Both the position numbers and the translations under genes were made by a program. A stretch of DNA of 63,343 bases, the filler included, from Blastocystis sp. subtype 4 (taxonomy: Eukaryota): NCBI RefSeq assembly GCF_000743755.1. It is 45 parts of 45 records of this genome, joined end to end, with 100 filler letters (N's around TTAATTAATTAA, not from the genome) between each part and the next. Parts side by side here need not be neighbours in the genome. Positions count along the whole stretch, not along the records: positions 36,007 to 37,297 come from NW_014568672.1; positions 37,398 to 38,684 come from NW_014568671.1; positions 38,785 to 40,071 come from NW_014568670.1; positions 40,172 to 41,454 come from NW_014568669.1; positions 41,555 to 42,862 come from NW_014568668.1; positions 42,963 to 44,238 come from NW_014568667.1; positions 44,339 to 45,607 come from NW_014568666.1; positions 45,708 to 47,007 come from NW_014568665.1; 37 more parts are not named here. One strand, 5' to 3'. Positions 36,007 to 49,888 of this stretch are shown here, one piece after another; the first letter of the stretch is position 1, and each line of letters opens with the position of its first letter. Below the pieces are notes generated by a model. That model had not been told where the DNA came from. It did not search any database and saw only the letters and a list, made by a program, of their open reading frames with translations.

Positions 36007-37260
36007 ATCAGGAATGTGACTCAATTTCGATTCAGGAACTGCCACAAATGAATCATCTCCTGGTTTCTTCCAGGTCAGCATCATTCCAAATGTCATCATA
36101 CGGACCGCAAAGTATTCAACTTGGATTGGATAGTATCCTTTCTTATTGAATGTTATTGATCCTTCCTTTGCTGTCATCTCATTGTAACATTTCCAATTGT
36201 TGATCAGTAGATTACCCATAACCATCATTCTTGCCCCATCTCGATTCTCCAACTTAAACACATAATCACCAGAAATGTCCACTTCAATGAAACCACTCCA
36301 TTTCACATAAACCATACGATACATAAACAACTCATGAAGACTGGGATTCCAAGCATGACCTAAAGGCAATTCAGGATGATAGATCGAATCATCCACTGTA
36401 TCAGCAAACTTCAAAATGACATCTAAAAAGTATGTCATTCCACAAATCTGAGGAGTAAGAAGTCGATAATACTTCGCTTTCAATCCACTCACAGGAACAA
36501 CTCCCACAGTCACATGAATGGTTGTGGTTGTTGAACCCAAAGGACCTGAAGCAGTGATCACATAATCCTCAGAGGAATACAAGGAAGATGAACCACTAAT
36601 CACTCCAGAAACTGAATTGATAGAGATTCCTACTGGAAATGGAGGAGAAACAGTAAATGAAGTGATATAAGAACCACGCATACAAGGACGAGTGGTCTCA
36701 ATTGTTCCAGATATGAATGTGGTGATATCTCTTTCCTCAAATGAAGGAGCCATTCCTCCCACAAATGTCACAGTATCATCAATTGTTGTTAGTGGAAATC
36801 CTGCTTCAGGGGAAGAATACTGAACCAACAGACGAGCTAAATAAGAACTACTGAAATACAGTCGCATCAAATGACGACCAGTTGTGAGATAGATGGTTGC
36901 ATTCTGCATTCCGCTACTTCGAGAAATACGGATCAGTGGTGTAGTTGCTGTATCAAAGTACAATATCACTGATGCCATACAAGTGATATGGAACACATAA
37001 TCAGCTGAAGGACCAATATTCAGATATCCAGTAATACTTGCAGAGAAATAGGTCTTGATTCGTTCGATCATCCAGACCAGGCCAAGTGTGTGTCAGTTTA
37101 TGTGAATCATACTTATCTTCCAGATCCAATGTCTTCAGATTGGAACAGGATTCTCCCATCATATTGCTATAGAACCAATCTTCATAATAGGGGATCGTCC
37201 CAGCCATAGAGTAATAACAAGCAACTAAACCAGGAATCATGGCTTTAGATGGAACTAACA
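36007..37260 (-). CDS. PA14 / He_PIG Ig / PA14 surface protein fragment (frameshift near 37075)
   Basis: GLVACYY, GLKAKYY, VKWSGFI...GDYVF...RDGARM...GYYPIQVEYF (PA14 pattern); PFPVGISINSVSGVISG (Ig). Confidence 0.75.
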
Positions 37261-37397
37261 ATCATTCATTATTCCTTCTATCTACGTTGGAAGTTTANNN
37301 NNNNNNNNNNNNNNNNNNNNNNNNNNNNNNNNNNNNNNNNNTTAATTAATTAANNNNNNNNNNNNNNNNNNNNNNNNNNNNNNNNNNNNNNNNNNNN

Positions 37398-38684
37398 AAG
37401 TATCATCACCAAACCAATTGGTAGGCACTTCACCCATCTTATAATACCATTGTTCTGAATGATTGATAGAAGGACGACGAAGATAATGAGTATGAACATT
37501 GCTTTGGTAATTATCATATCGACCCTTCACAACCATCTCCTCTTCACCATCAGGTAACAGAGCATACATGTAATAATATGAATCAGACATCCAATAAGTA
37601 GATGTGGAATAGAAGGTGACATCAAATCGCTCGACAGTAATACACAAATATGTTTCCCAATCAAGATAAGCAGGATGAGTATGACCAGATTGAATCTCAT
37701 AGAGAATGTTATCATTGGATGAATCACGAATTCTGAAATACTCATTCTGAGGACTACTTTCGTAAGTTCGAACAATCTTGTAATAGGCACCAGTACATTC
37801 GGTAAATGCAATACTGATTGAAGTCTGAAGTGAGGTTGTTCCCATTGTTGATGTAATCTGATAGGATGTCGATGGAGAGGCAACAGTTGAAACTCCAGAA
37901 ATGATACAGGTATTGGCATCCATTGTCACACCAGAAGGAAGTGCAGGAGAGATAGTACAGCCACTGTAACCATACATTGTTGGTGCAATACTCACTTGTT
38001 CATAGGTACTGTAGAAGGAATACTGATTTTGAGGATAGGATATACTGGTAGGAGGAGCACGATTACAAACAAGGAATTGGAGCTCATAAACATACACACT
38101 TCCAGACTGTGATGATTGAGCATTGAATCGAATCAAAGGATACTTGGGAAGTACACTCACTAAATCCCATTGAGCCCATGTACTTGATTCATATGTTTGT
38201 TCAGAAATTGAGAAAACAGTCTGCCAACTAGATGTTGTTGACATGGCACCTTCAATTGAAAACATTCTAGGACTTAAGGTGGGACTTGTATAAGGCCACA
38301 CACGGAAAGAATTGATTTGAGGAATGGATCCTGAAATCTCAAAAGTGAGTGAACCAGGAGGAAAAGAGAGATAGGCTGCTGTATTTCGCGTAAACGTTAT
38401 AGCATAGGTAGGATTTGTAAATCCTGTAGTTGTAACAGCCATATCATTTGGAACGACAAAACAATTGTTTGTTGAACTCAAACCAGCCATGAGCGAGAGG
38501 AATCCATCAAATTGAATGAATCTAGTAGTTGTAAGATCCATAGGATGGACTTCAACAGCCAAAACACTCGATACGGTCACATCATTAGCAGGACGAATGA
38601 GTCCATGATAACCATACGATGTATAGCTTCCTGTAGCTACAGTACTGTTTGTTGGTGTTCCATCAGCCATGTTATCTCGATACA
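37398..38684 (-). CDS. Ig-like surface protein family, segment A, fragment
   Basis: Close paralogue of 20391-21711 and 58090-59339. Confidence 0.8.
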
Positions 38685-38784
38685 NNNNNNNNNNNNNNNN
38701 NNNNNNNNNNNNNNNNNNNNNNNNNNNNTTAATTAATTAANNNNNNNNNNNNNNNNNNNNNNNNNNNNNNNNNNNNNNNNNNNN

Positions 38785-40071
38785 AGAACTTGTCATCACA
38801 ATCGTGTATTGACCAAGAGGCAAACACAATGTTTCATCCCAAGAACCCTCAGCAGTACTATGGAAAACAGAACTAGTCGAAGAACGAATACTCACTCCTT
38901 CACCTTCCACACCTCCTTCACGATGAATTGAAATCACAGTTCCAACACAAGTTTCAATTGAAATACTGATCACAGAAGAAACAATCTGTTCCATGATCCA
39001 TCCTGACACAGTATATTCATTCGTTCCAGTTACAAAACTAGTACCTTCAATACGACAGTCTGAACTAAGTCTCAATCCATCAGGAAGAACAGGAGTACTA
39101 CTACAATTCACAAAACCACTCACACCAGGAACAATCGATACAACTTCAACACCTCGCATGATTGAATATGAATTCTTAGGATATTCAATTGAAGAAGGAA
39201 CCATTTGAGAACATATCATAGGATACAAACCACTCAATCCAATCGAACTACCTGAAGATCCCATTTGGATTGTATAGTAGCCATATGTGGCATCTGAAGA
39301 TACAGAATTCGTTGTATAATAAGTCTTAGCATTGTATCCACTCATACTAATCGAACCCACTTCAGTCATCTCACTTCCACTCGACATTGAACCACTCCAC
39401 ATAAAACTCGTAGGAGCAATTGTTGTATCTGAACCCACTCCAAACTTCCATCCATTAACAATCACTCTCAAATCACTCCATGAATATGAAACACTCATCA
39501 AATCAGATGTGGTAGAGAATACAGTATTCATATTCATATCCGTCAAATCACTTGTACTTCCATGAGGACTTGTCACACTATACTCAGACAACATATAACA
39601 ATTAGAGTTCACAGAAGCACTTGCCATCTGAGATAGAATAGCTTCGAAAGTCACTTCACGAGATTCATTACTTGTGAAATGAAGTTCAACAGCAATCACA
39701 GCAGTAGGATTCAGAAGATCCATTCCAGAACGAACCACACCACGAACTACTTCAGAATTATAACTATTAGTAGCCAATGTAGTCGCATCAACCAATCCAT
39801 CAGCCATGTTATCACGATATACTTCAATTCCATTCACATAAATGATCACACCTGAGATATAACGCACACGAAGATCATAAGCAGCCAGATTCGTCATTAC
39901 TCTCACACTTGTTCGGAAGTACTGAGTTCCACTAGCACTTTCAGTCCAATTACCTTTGATGTATTCATCCCATCCATCTACAATGGCAGACACTTCAGTC
40001 CAATCAGCTTGAGGTGCGTTCAGAGAAAACTGCCATGCAGTCAAGGGAGTAATTGGAGCATAAAGAGAAAG
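38785..40071 (-). CDS. Ig-like surface protein family, divergent segment A-type fragment
   Basis: GVIIYVNGIEVYRDNM, AVELHF, PVLPDGLRL. Confidence 0.7.
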
Positions 40072-40171
40072 NNNNNNNNNNNNNNNNNNNNNNNNNNNNN
40101 NNNNNNNNNNNNNNNTTAATTAATTAANNNNNNNNNNNNNNNNNNNNNNNNNNNNNNNNNNNNNNNNNNNN

Positions 40172-40440
40172 AACAACTAATAGTATAGGTGATTAACGAA
40201 GAGGTCTCAACAGGAGTTCCATAAATTGTGTCATTTGCAAAAAGAATACCAGCAGGCAAAGCAGGAGTAGTAGAAAAGCGGGAACAGGCAGATTTGCAAG
40301 AGAAACTGTTATAAACTCCAACTGTCATCACATTTGTCTTCGATCCACATGAAACATAACTATTGCCAACTAAACTCAAACAAACAAACAAAAGTAACTT
40401 GAAAGGATTAGTATCACCAAAAGCAACAGAAAGGAAATCA
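40172..40440 (-). CDS. N-terminus of an Ig-like protein (signal peptide and first Ig domain)
   Basis: Hydrophobic LLLFVCLSLVG followed by PALPAGILF..DTIYGTP. Confidence 0.5.
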
Positions 40441-41554
40441 TACGATATCGGAAATCATACTCATGTTAGCATACATAATACCGCCACTTTGAAGATGGTA
40501 ATAGGATGAATGAATCCCACGGGAATTATTCAATAGTAGCGATCCTTTAATACAGTCAACACCGAATCCATGAACCAGTTATCAATCTGATTAGTTGTAT
40601 GAATGGCTGGGAGATGGATGATACAAACACTGCTTTCATCCAGATTCAACAGTTCAATGATAAGAATAAGAATGATTGATGAATGTGATTATGGATGAAG
40701 AATGGTAGAGTAGATTTGATCTTAACAGAAAGTGTGTAAGAACAAGTCAGGTATATTGGAAGTGCAAAATCACTATCCAGAATCATCCTATTCGCTTCCA
40801 AAGCCTTGAATGAGAAGATACGATCAAATCAATGAATAGTTTATTCATTTCTTCAACGGTATTCAAGTAACTAGTAGTAGTAATCTGACGCATGTTACAT
40901 ATTGTTTAGAACCAGACAAACCGTTGCAAACATGGGCCTCTAACCCTGGGTAGCTATACAGGGAAGAGGATAGCAGACAAAGAAGCCACGAAATGCAGAC
41001 AAAAAGGCCCATAAACAAGCTCGAAAATACAGACATCTTGATCATAATTTGGAAACATATTCAACCCATTTCAACTCAAATCATGGGCAAGAATGTAGCA
41101 CAAAAGTTTTGCATCTATTATCATAATAGTCAACAATGACTAACAATGAAGCACAAAATCTTTGTTGCTTGTTTTCTATCAGTGATATACAATGATATGA
41201 GATGTTGAAGGTTCAATAATACATGAAAGATTTTGAGATTAATAAACAGTATGAGATTTCCTAATGATATGATTCAACGATACATTTCAGAAATGATAAG
41301 TCACATATTCACAAACTATCAAACAACACACTCTACTCATATACCAAATCCATTCATCATTGATGATAAACTACTCTATACAATGATTCAAAACTATGGA
41401 CAACATCTTAGTCCATATCCATCTTCATCATAATCAAATTCATCACAATCATACNNNNNNNNNNNNNNNNNNNNNNNNNNNNNNNNNNNNNNNNNNNNTT
41501 AATTAATTAANNNNNNNNNNNNNNNNNNNNNNNNNNNNNNNNNNNNNNNNNNNN

Positions 41555-42862
41555 TCTCTTTCAATCCAACTCCACCTTGAATCACAATAGACTCAACACA
41601 ACAACAAATCTCATTCAATTCATTCATTCTTGATATCCACAATACTGATGAATACAGAGACAACAAGTGTTCAGAAGGAGGAATACAACTATTAACAGTG
41701 ATTAAGTATTCAAGAGAATCAGCATCTTTATCATTATCAATCAATCAATAATACTTGAACAAATCAATTCTTTCACTTCACCAAAGTATCCTCTCATCGG
41801 AATGCCTTCTAGACTAAGGGATGGGATATCTAGTTCAAACACAATCATATTCATCACTTTCAACTCTCACTTTTCCAATATTGCAGAAATTCCATCCATT
41901 CATTTCACATAGACAAGGAAGATCTGATCAACTAACCCTATTTTTCAACTCTCACTTTTCCAATATTGCAGAAATTCCATCCATATCCTTTCATTTCACA
42001 TAGACAAGGAAGATCTGATCAACTAACCCTATTATCATCAACCCATACCTTTCATTATCAATTCATTTGATTCAACTGTTTTCTCATCACCTTCAAAAGT
42101 CCATGGTCCAAGATACAATGATGATAATAGAATAAGATCTAATTCATCACTCAATCATCATTCCAACTCTCTAATACCACAGAATGACAATACTTAAGGA
42201 CATTAGCACCCAATCGAAGTGATAGAAGAGAAGGGAGATTCTTACATACAAATGATTCATAATAACAGAATGATNAACTCTCTAATACCACAGAATGACA
42301 ATACTTAAGGACATTAGCACCCAATCGAAGTGATAGAAGAGAAGGGAGATTCTTACATACAAATGATTCATAATAACAGAATGAATCATATCCAATCTGG
42401 ATTTCTTTCAACTGATTACAATTCATTATCAAACATTCACTCCCTATTCTTGTAGATTTAGTATCTAAGACCCTCCTTACAATCTTCACACTCTTCAATT
42501 CATTTAATCCATCTATCACAAATCGATTCACTTTCCTCAAACACCCATTTCCAATCTCAAGTCTCTCAACTCCTCCTATACAATCATTATCATATACTTT
42601 CCAATTCATTCCACTTCTTAATCGAACACCATATTCACCATCCTTCCATCTTCCTCTTCTTATCACTTCTCCTTTCTCATTCAATTCTTATACATATCCA
42701 TGTCTGTGTCCTTTCCTCCAATGACCTACATACAATACACTCTTTCCATCACTTCTCTATTCTATTCCTTTCCCTCTTCCAACAAATCCTTTCTTTGGAT
42801 TTCTTTCAAATCCTCCTTCATATACTCTCATTCCTTTCTTATCATATTCAATCATCAAATCT
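41555..42862 (-). pseudogene. MORN-like + LRR family 1-related gene fragment with local duplications
   Basis: GRWKDGEY and RLEIGNGCLRKVNRFVIDGLNEL; duplications at about 41858-42033 and 42165-42384. Confidence 0.55.
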
Positions 42863-43389
42863 NNNNNNNNNNNNNNNNNNNNNNNNNNNNNNNNNNNNNN
42901 NNNNNNTTAATTAATTAANNNNNNNNNNNNNNNNNNNNNNNNNNNNNNNNNNNNNNNNNNNNCAGACCGACTCCAATTACAACGAATCCATTCCATCTTG
43001 TTCTGGAATTGCTCATTTTGTTCTCTTTTTATTCATCTATTCTATTCTATTTCATTCATTCTCACTTATTTCAAATGAAAGATGTATGATTTTGATCTCT
43101 AATATAAGTAGTGGACCAGTTGGTTTGGTGTAACCACTTTATGGTCTTCTGAACGAATGATAGATTCACTGTAATCATGTTTTGTTTCAGCTATCGTCAA
43201 CTGTGTTAAGTTCACAGTAGTATTCTATTTCTAGCGATATTTCTACTGGTCGTAGATTCTCTAATTGTCTAATACTTGAGAAATCAGATGAACAAGATGA
43301 TTGACTGTGGTGCTAATACTTCTGCGTGGAGAGATTATAATCAATAAAGAAGGAGTGTAAATCAGTATATGGCACAACAAAGAGATGGT

Positions 43390-44238
43390 TGTTTATCCTT
43401 CAGGTGAATGAATTGGTCAAACGAATCAGCATCTCAATCATTATCAATCCATCAATCATACTAGAAATATCGTAATTTCTCGTTTTATCGAATGTACCTA
43501 TCAGTTGTATTTTATCTTTAGTGAGTGATGGAATGTCTAAGTTAAATACAATCATCAATCATCACTTTCCAATGTCACTTGCCCTATATAATTGAAGTTA
43601 CCGCCATTTCCTTTGATTAGAGATAGAGAAGGGAGATCTCATCAGTCAATCATCACTATCATGCATACTTCTCATTATCAGTTCATTCGATTCAACATCC
43701 TCTCCACTACCATCAAGAGCATATAATCCAAGAGTGATGGATTGAAGTTGAGTCAGATCTCATTCATCATTCATTCAATTATTCATACTCTCAAATACTA
43801 TCCTATGACACCAATAGAATACATATTTATCCAATTGAATAGATATGAGAGAAAACAGATTATTCAATTCAAATGATTCATACCACCAATAGAATGACTG
43901 ATATCCAATGTGGATTTCACTCAATTGATCACAATTCATTATCAAACATTTGCTTCCTTCAATCTTCTCATCAAGATTGAAGCTATTCTTTCCAATGCTG
44001 ATAGTCTTCAATTCATTCAATCCATCAATCTCAAATCGAGTCACATTCTTAAAACAATCATTTCCAATGTCAATTTGTTTCAATGATATCAATGAATTGT
44101 TCAATATCAATGATGATATATCAGGATTGAAACCATCATCAATAATCAAAGATTCAATACAACTAGTAACAATCAATTCACAATCATCAATCCATTTCAT
44201 TCTCATATCATCATTAACATCAATAATAACATCATCTT
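43390..44238 (-). CDS. LRR protein family 1, C-terminal part
   Basis: Same framework and introns as the other copies. Confidence 0.75.
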
Positions 44239-44338
44239 NNNNNNNNNNNNNNNNNNNNNNNNNNNNNNNNNNNNNNNNNNNNTTAATTAATTAANNNNNN
44301 NNNNNNNNNNNNNNNNNNNNNNNNNNNNNNNNNNNNNN

Positions 44339-45607
44339 TCATCGAAACTGACAGTATTCCAATCACTTGACACATCATTCTGTATCACCTTCCAATCTGT
44401 GTATTCAATTTGGAAAGGGAAATATGTTGAGAACACACTTGATACATAGATCGGTTTGTAATTCTGACCATTCATTGTCATCATATCCAACTCTATCTCT
44501 CCATAATCCACAGTCAGAGTGTAACCAGATCCAACCTGCCACCCATCTCCCCATGAATCAGCTCCTTCAAATGTGTAGATTCCATCATTCAAACAGAAAT
44601 CAACATAGTAATAAGCACTTGATACAGGAAATGGAGATACTGACTGAAGAACAGTTCCTGAAGTTCCTCTTCCTTCATACAGTTTCCATGAATTCTCACT
44701 AGGTAGACCATCAGCTCTGATACGAACAGTCATCAATCCCTTGCCTCCAGTACATACTGAAACTGATAGAGAGATAGTATCAGTCACATCTCCTCCACTC
44801 ATCTTAGTAGCAGTGATGGTGTAAGTTTGAGTAGTACTCTCAGAAGTGGCAGTACCTGAAATCCAACCAGTATAAGGATCCAACACAATACCAGCAGGAA
44901 GAGAAGGATTGATTCTGAAGTTCATGTAACGATCTCCATTCTGAGGAATCACTTCAGACATCTCAATATACTTGTATATAGTGATTGAAGTATCATAAGT
45001 GAAGTTAGGAATATCAGCCAACACATTATCAGCAAACAGATCCAGAGATTGAACATACCAAGTGCAAGAAGAAGGATTACCAGAACCAAAGTTCTCAAAC
45101 TTGAATTGATTATAAGGAGTATTGTTAGAGAAATAGATTCTTCTCTTCTGAGCTATGGTAGAATAAGTGACACCAGTGACTTCCTTCAGAAGTGTCCATT
45201 CATCTGTTCCCAAGTTACGACCATACAATTTGAATTGAGTTGCCACCTGATTGCTGTATGTTACCGAGTAATAATTCTGAATCTGAACAGAACTGATCCA
45301 TTCACGACGATTGTTTGATAGGACCAAAGTCAGAGAATTATCAGTACATATATTGTAATATACATTGCTACTATAAAACATATCAAATGGACCAGTTGCA
45401 ACTCCAATCATTCCAGTAGATGAAGCAGTGTATTCCCAGATATGAGATTCAGATTGTTCTGATGACATCAAACGAACAACGGCATCGAAATAGGATGTGG
45501 TGTAACTATCAGCAATAGCAACAATCGCAATAGCAATCGTGTTACTTCCAGATTGAAGGAATGTCACTGGACTCGTTACTGTTGAAGTTTGCATTTGTTT
45601 GCCTGGA
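44339..45607 (-). CDS. Ig-like surface protein family, segment B, fragment
   Basis: Open across the contig; family motifs. Confidence 0.8.
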
Positions 45608-46317
45608 NNNNNNNNNNNNNNNNNNNNNNNNNNNNNNNNNNNNNNNNNNNNTTAATTAATTAANNNNNNNNNNNNNNNNNNNNNNNNNNNNNNNNNNNNN
45701 NNNNNNNCTTTCTATTCTTATCATTCTCATTATTCTAATCATCATCATTCTCATCATTCTATCAAAGAAGAAGAAACATACTCTACCAAAGAAGTCAATA
45801 GAAGAACTGAAATCTGTTGAGAATCGTATTCCAAATCCATCTCATTCTGTATAATCAATCATTTGTTATTTCAACTCTTTGTTCACATTCATATCTTCAT
45901 TCTTATTCATCACAATTCATTCCATTATCAATCATCTCAGTACATTCTATCACACATATTCTCATTCAATAACAATCATATTCATCTCTCTTATCATCAT
46001 CAATCCTATCATCTCAATCATTCTATGTCACAACACATTCTATCATTCTTCAATACAACACATGAATACAAGATCGATTGAATAGAGTGATACAAATCTC
46101 ATTCAATCCATTCTTCTAACTCCTAATCAATCATTGTAAACTACTAATAACAAGAATCTCTATTGGGATCAACACACTATCTACGAATCGAATCAGATTG
46201 GAATGTATGATAGTGAATAAAGAGATTGAGTTAAGCATCATTCAACTATTCTTTGTTTTGTTCTCTCAATTCAACATTCATTTCAATCAACTAGATCCTT
46301 ATCTCAACTTCAAGAAT

Positions 46318-47007
46318 TCAATTCTTATACAATCCTATCTTTCTTTGATAGAGCCCAACTCTTCTGTTGAATGAATTGATCAAGACAATCAGCATCTCAT
46401 TCATTATTAACCAATCAATCATACTTGAACTCTCCAACTCTTTCACTTCAATGAAGGGACTGTATTTCATCTCAATTCCATTCTGAGTCAGTTTACAAAT
46501 ATCTATCTCAAATACAATCATCAATTATCACTCTCTAATCTCACTCTACCAATGAAGTAGAAACCAGCCCAGTATCCTTTCAATACAGAGAGAGAAGGAA
46601 GATCTCATCAATCAATCTCATTTCCTCACAATACTCCTCATTATCAATGAATTCTTATTAATTGTACTTATATCACCAGCTAGAGCCCATTCTCCAAGAA
46701 TAATCGATTCTAATTGAGGAAGATCTTATTCATCATTCATACAATCACTCATACTCTCAAATACTATTGAATGACAATTTCGAAATGAATCACGTCTCAT
46801 TTCAAGAGTGGTTAAAGAAGAAAGATTTGATAGATTGAATGTCTCTTCATCCTTTCCAACTCCTCCTTTAATCACAATACACTTAACACAACGAGAAATC
46901 TGTTCCAGTTCATTGATTGTTGATATCCACAATACTGATGAATACAGAGACAACAAATCTTGAGAAGGAGGAAGATTACTATTGAATATGATAAATGATT
47001 CAAGAGC
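46318..47007 (-). CDS. LRR family 1-related gene, last exons
   Basis: SLYSSVLWIS, NLSSLTTLEM, HSIVFE followed by family-type introns. Confidence 0.55.
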
Positions 47008-47107
47008 NNNNNNNNNNNNNNNNNNNNNNNNNNNNNNNNNNNNNNNNNNNNTTAATTAATTAANNNNNNNNNNNNNNNNNNNNNNNNNNNNNNNNNNNNN
47101 NNNNNNN

Positions 47108-47852
47108 CTTCTTTGCCTCTATTCTTAACATCTTCATCGTTCATCTACCTCCTGTCTTTCCTTTCATTTCAGAACGGAGTTCATAGATTACATGAACATC
47201 CTTATTTGTCTCCTCCATCATAAACAGTGCGAACAGCAAAGCAATACCAGCAACTCCTCCAGCGAAATACAGAGGGAATGAATAATTCTTTGAACCCAAG
47301 AAACCACCAATCGCAGGACCAATAATGAATGCAGCCGAAATAACAGCTTCTTGCACTGTCAAAAATCTGTTTCGATCTTCCACAGAAGTACAATCAGCAA
47401 TCAAACTACACATTCATATGTCACATATACTCATACGCCTGTGTTACAATTGGAGAACCAGCAAACAATCCAGTTAAACAACGCCAAAAGATCAACGTCC
47501 AAATATTCTTTGACACTCCCTGCAAGATAGCTCCTAATACCATTACTCACTCATCAAGCACTTTACCGAAACAGGAACCCATGAGAGAGAGAATGAAGAA
47601 GAGTTTTCGTCCATACAAATCACTTCCACTTCCCATAATAAGAAGACCTTGGTATTAACAGCCTGATTTACACATACTAATCATCTGGGTAAAACAATAC
47701 CCACTAAACAACACTCCCTCTTGCATAGAACTAGCTCCTAGCGATGCAGAAAGATACGGAAGAATGGGAACAACAATGGAATAACCCATAACATCCATGA
47801 AGACGGTAATATAACCCAAAATCAGATTACGAGTTCTGTTTGATCCACTCAT
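47108..47852 (-). CDS. MFS transporter (DHA1/TetA-like), N-terminal half, with introns
   Basis: VFMDVMGYSIVVPILPY, GSDLYGRK, RCLTGLFAG, IAD...EDR, FIIGPAIGGFL. Confidence 0.88.
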
Positions 47853-49085
47853 CTATACAACAACAAGAATCACTCGATTGTAAAGAAAATAGTACACCAG
47901 ATCACTACGAAAACGGAGAATTGCTGTTTGAAACCATATTCTACAGTGGTAACGGTTATGGACTCTATTTGGCGGGAGAGAAATTGTTAGGAGTAGATGA
48001 AATAATATTGGAGTTGTTATTCAAGAATCCTTAACGATATGAATATGATACCCTTTATTGATTTGTTCTATGGTCTATGTTGAATCGATAAAAGCTGAAA
48101 TGACGGAGCTCACTATCCTCAACCGTTAATATGTATATGAGTTGGTTAATAGGTAATGAATAATACTCTGGTTATCATTAACTGCTTGAGACGATCATTG
48201 GTCATAGAGTCCGATCTATTTTATAACGAGGTGTTAGTAATGATTCTTATGAACTTGATCTCTATCCTCCTATTAATAAGAATGATGTATGGAAGTATTC
48301 TGATTCATATCATTCTCTCTGGAATGCCAATTCATTCAATGATAATCAATGGATATCAATCATTCTTGGATCTTCTTCTATCACTTCATACAATACTCAG
48401 TACTTCAGGAAATCATTCAATGGAATCNNNNNNNNNNNNNNNNNNNNNNNNNNNNNNNNNNNNNNNNNNNNTTAATTAATTAANNNNNNNNNNNNNNNNN
48501 NNNNNNNNNNNNNNNNNNNNNNNNNNNTATCGATGATGAGGTAGATGATTATGATATGATGAGTGTTGGTGTGAAAGTGTATGATGATAGTGTTACAAAT
48601 GATCCAGTAGAAGAAACAGAGAATAAGGGAAAGGCATACAAATGATTGAATGGTGTAGGAGGATTTCGAACTCAAGCAGTTAGTTGTGGTAAGTTGCGTG
48701 CTGCTAGAACAAAGAGATTGGCATTGTAGCATGATAATGTTTTGCTGTTGTTTTGTTGTTGTTAGTCACTTGTTAACTGTACAATCAATTAGGTCAGATG
48801 TTTGATTCTGCTTTGTTCACAGCATTTGGACCATTTACATCACCATTTAGTCTCACCTTGGACTTCAGTTCAAAGATGTAGGGTGCTCTGAACCGCTGCC
48901 TCAAGCCTCCAGTGCATATCCTACTTGTACACATATTGGTTTATTCTTCTTTCTGTTATCGCTCTCTTATTCATGGCCCTATGTATATTTGGATTAGTTC
49001 GTAAAGACTACATAAAGGAATAAAGTGTTGATTACAAAAAACAAATCAAAAGAAACTAGGGTTGCTTATCACAAGGCCATGACTG

Positions 49086-49788
49086 TTAAATAGAAGCCTC
49101 CGGAACAGAAGACACATATGTCTGCTGCGACTGGAGTGAAGAGTCAACTGGATGAGAACCTACAACTGGGATAGTCGCTAACTCAACAGTAGTTGTTCGT
49201 ACTGACTCACTGCCCTCTGGAGCCGATGTCACAATCTGGATGGACTCAACACACTCCGAAATTTCTTTCGAGACTTCATCATCCTTTGATTCGCCAGACT
49301 TCACATCCTCTTTCATTTCAGTCGATGGCTTATCGCTCATAGGGAGTTCCAACACATTCACCTTTCCGAACTGTTTCGAGTTGGGCATAGCAATGATGAA
49401 ACACATCACAACAAATGCCAGGAAGGAGACGACCATACATGAATAGTACGTAGCATCCCGATTCGCTGAATAGATGGCAGACAGTACCATTGGACTCACA
49501 ATCAACGAGATCTGCTGACAAGAATTGTTCCATGAGAGAACCTTTCCTTGTACCTCAGGAGCATTTGTCGTACTAATAATCGAAGAAGAAGTTGGAGCTG
49601 CCAAAAAATAACCAACAACAAGAATTAACGTGCCTATAATCACAACCACAATATTCGGCATAGACATCAGAAGATAACCTATCATCTCCAGAACAATACC
49701 AAATTGAGCCACATATGGAATAGGAACACCCCGAGTGCGAACAATGTAGCCATATAAGAAAGCTTGTTGGAGACATGATACTACACCC
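49086..49788 (-). CDS. MFS transporter, C-terminal part
   Basis: PTSSSIIS...PEVQGKVLSWN..CQQISLIVSP transmembrane pattern with an acidic tail. Confidence 0.75.
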
Positions 49789-49888
49789 NNNNNNNNNNNN
49801 NNNNNNNNNNNNNNNNNNNNNNNNNNNNNNNNTTAATTAATTAANNNNNNNNNNNNNNNNNNNNNNNNNNNNNNNNNNNNNNNNNNNN

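Noticed and set aside
42165..42384. Exact ~110-bp tandem duplication in an LRR gene
   Set aside because: Copies are identical and joined by a single N at 42275, typical of an unmerged scaffold overlap
45708..46300. His/Ile-rich short ORFs in TCA-rich sequence
   Set aside because: Low-complexity intergenic DNA with no recognisable motif
47108..49788. Bacterial tetracycline resistance gene, or the two MFS pieces as one contiguous gene
   Set aside because: The N-terminal piece has spliceosomal introns; the pieces are on separate contigs and in the wrong order, so linkage cannot be shown
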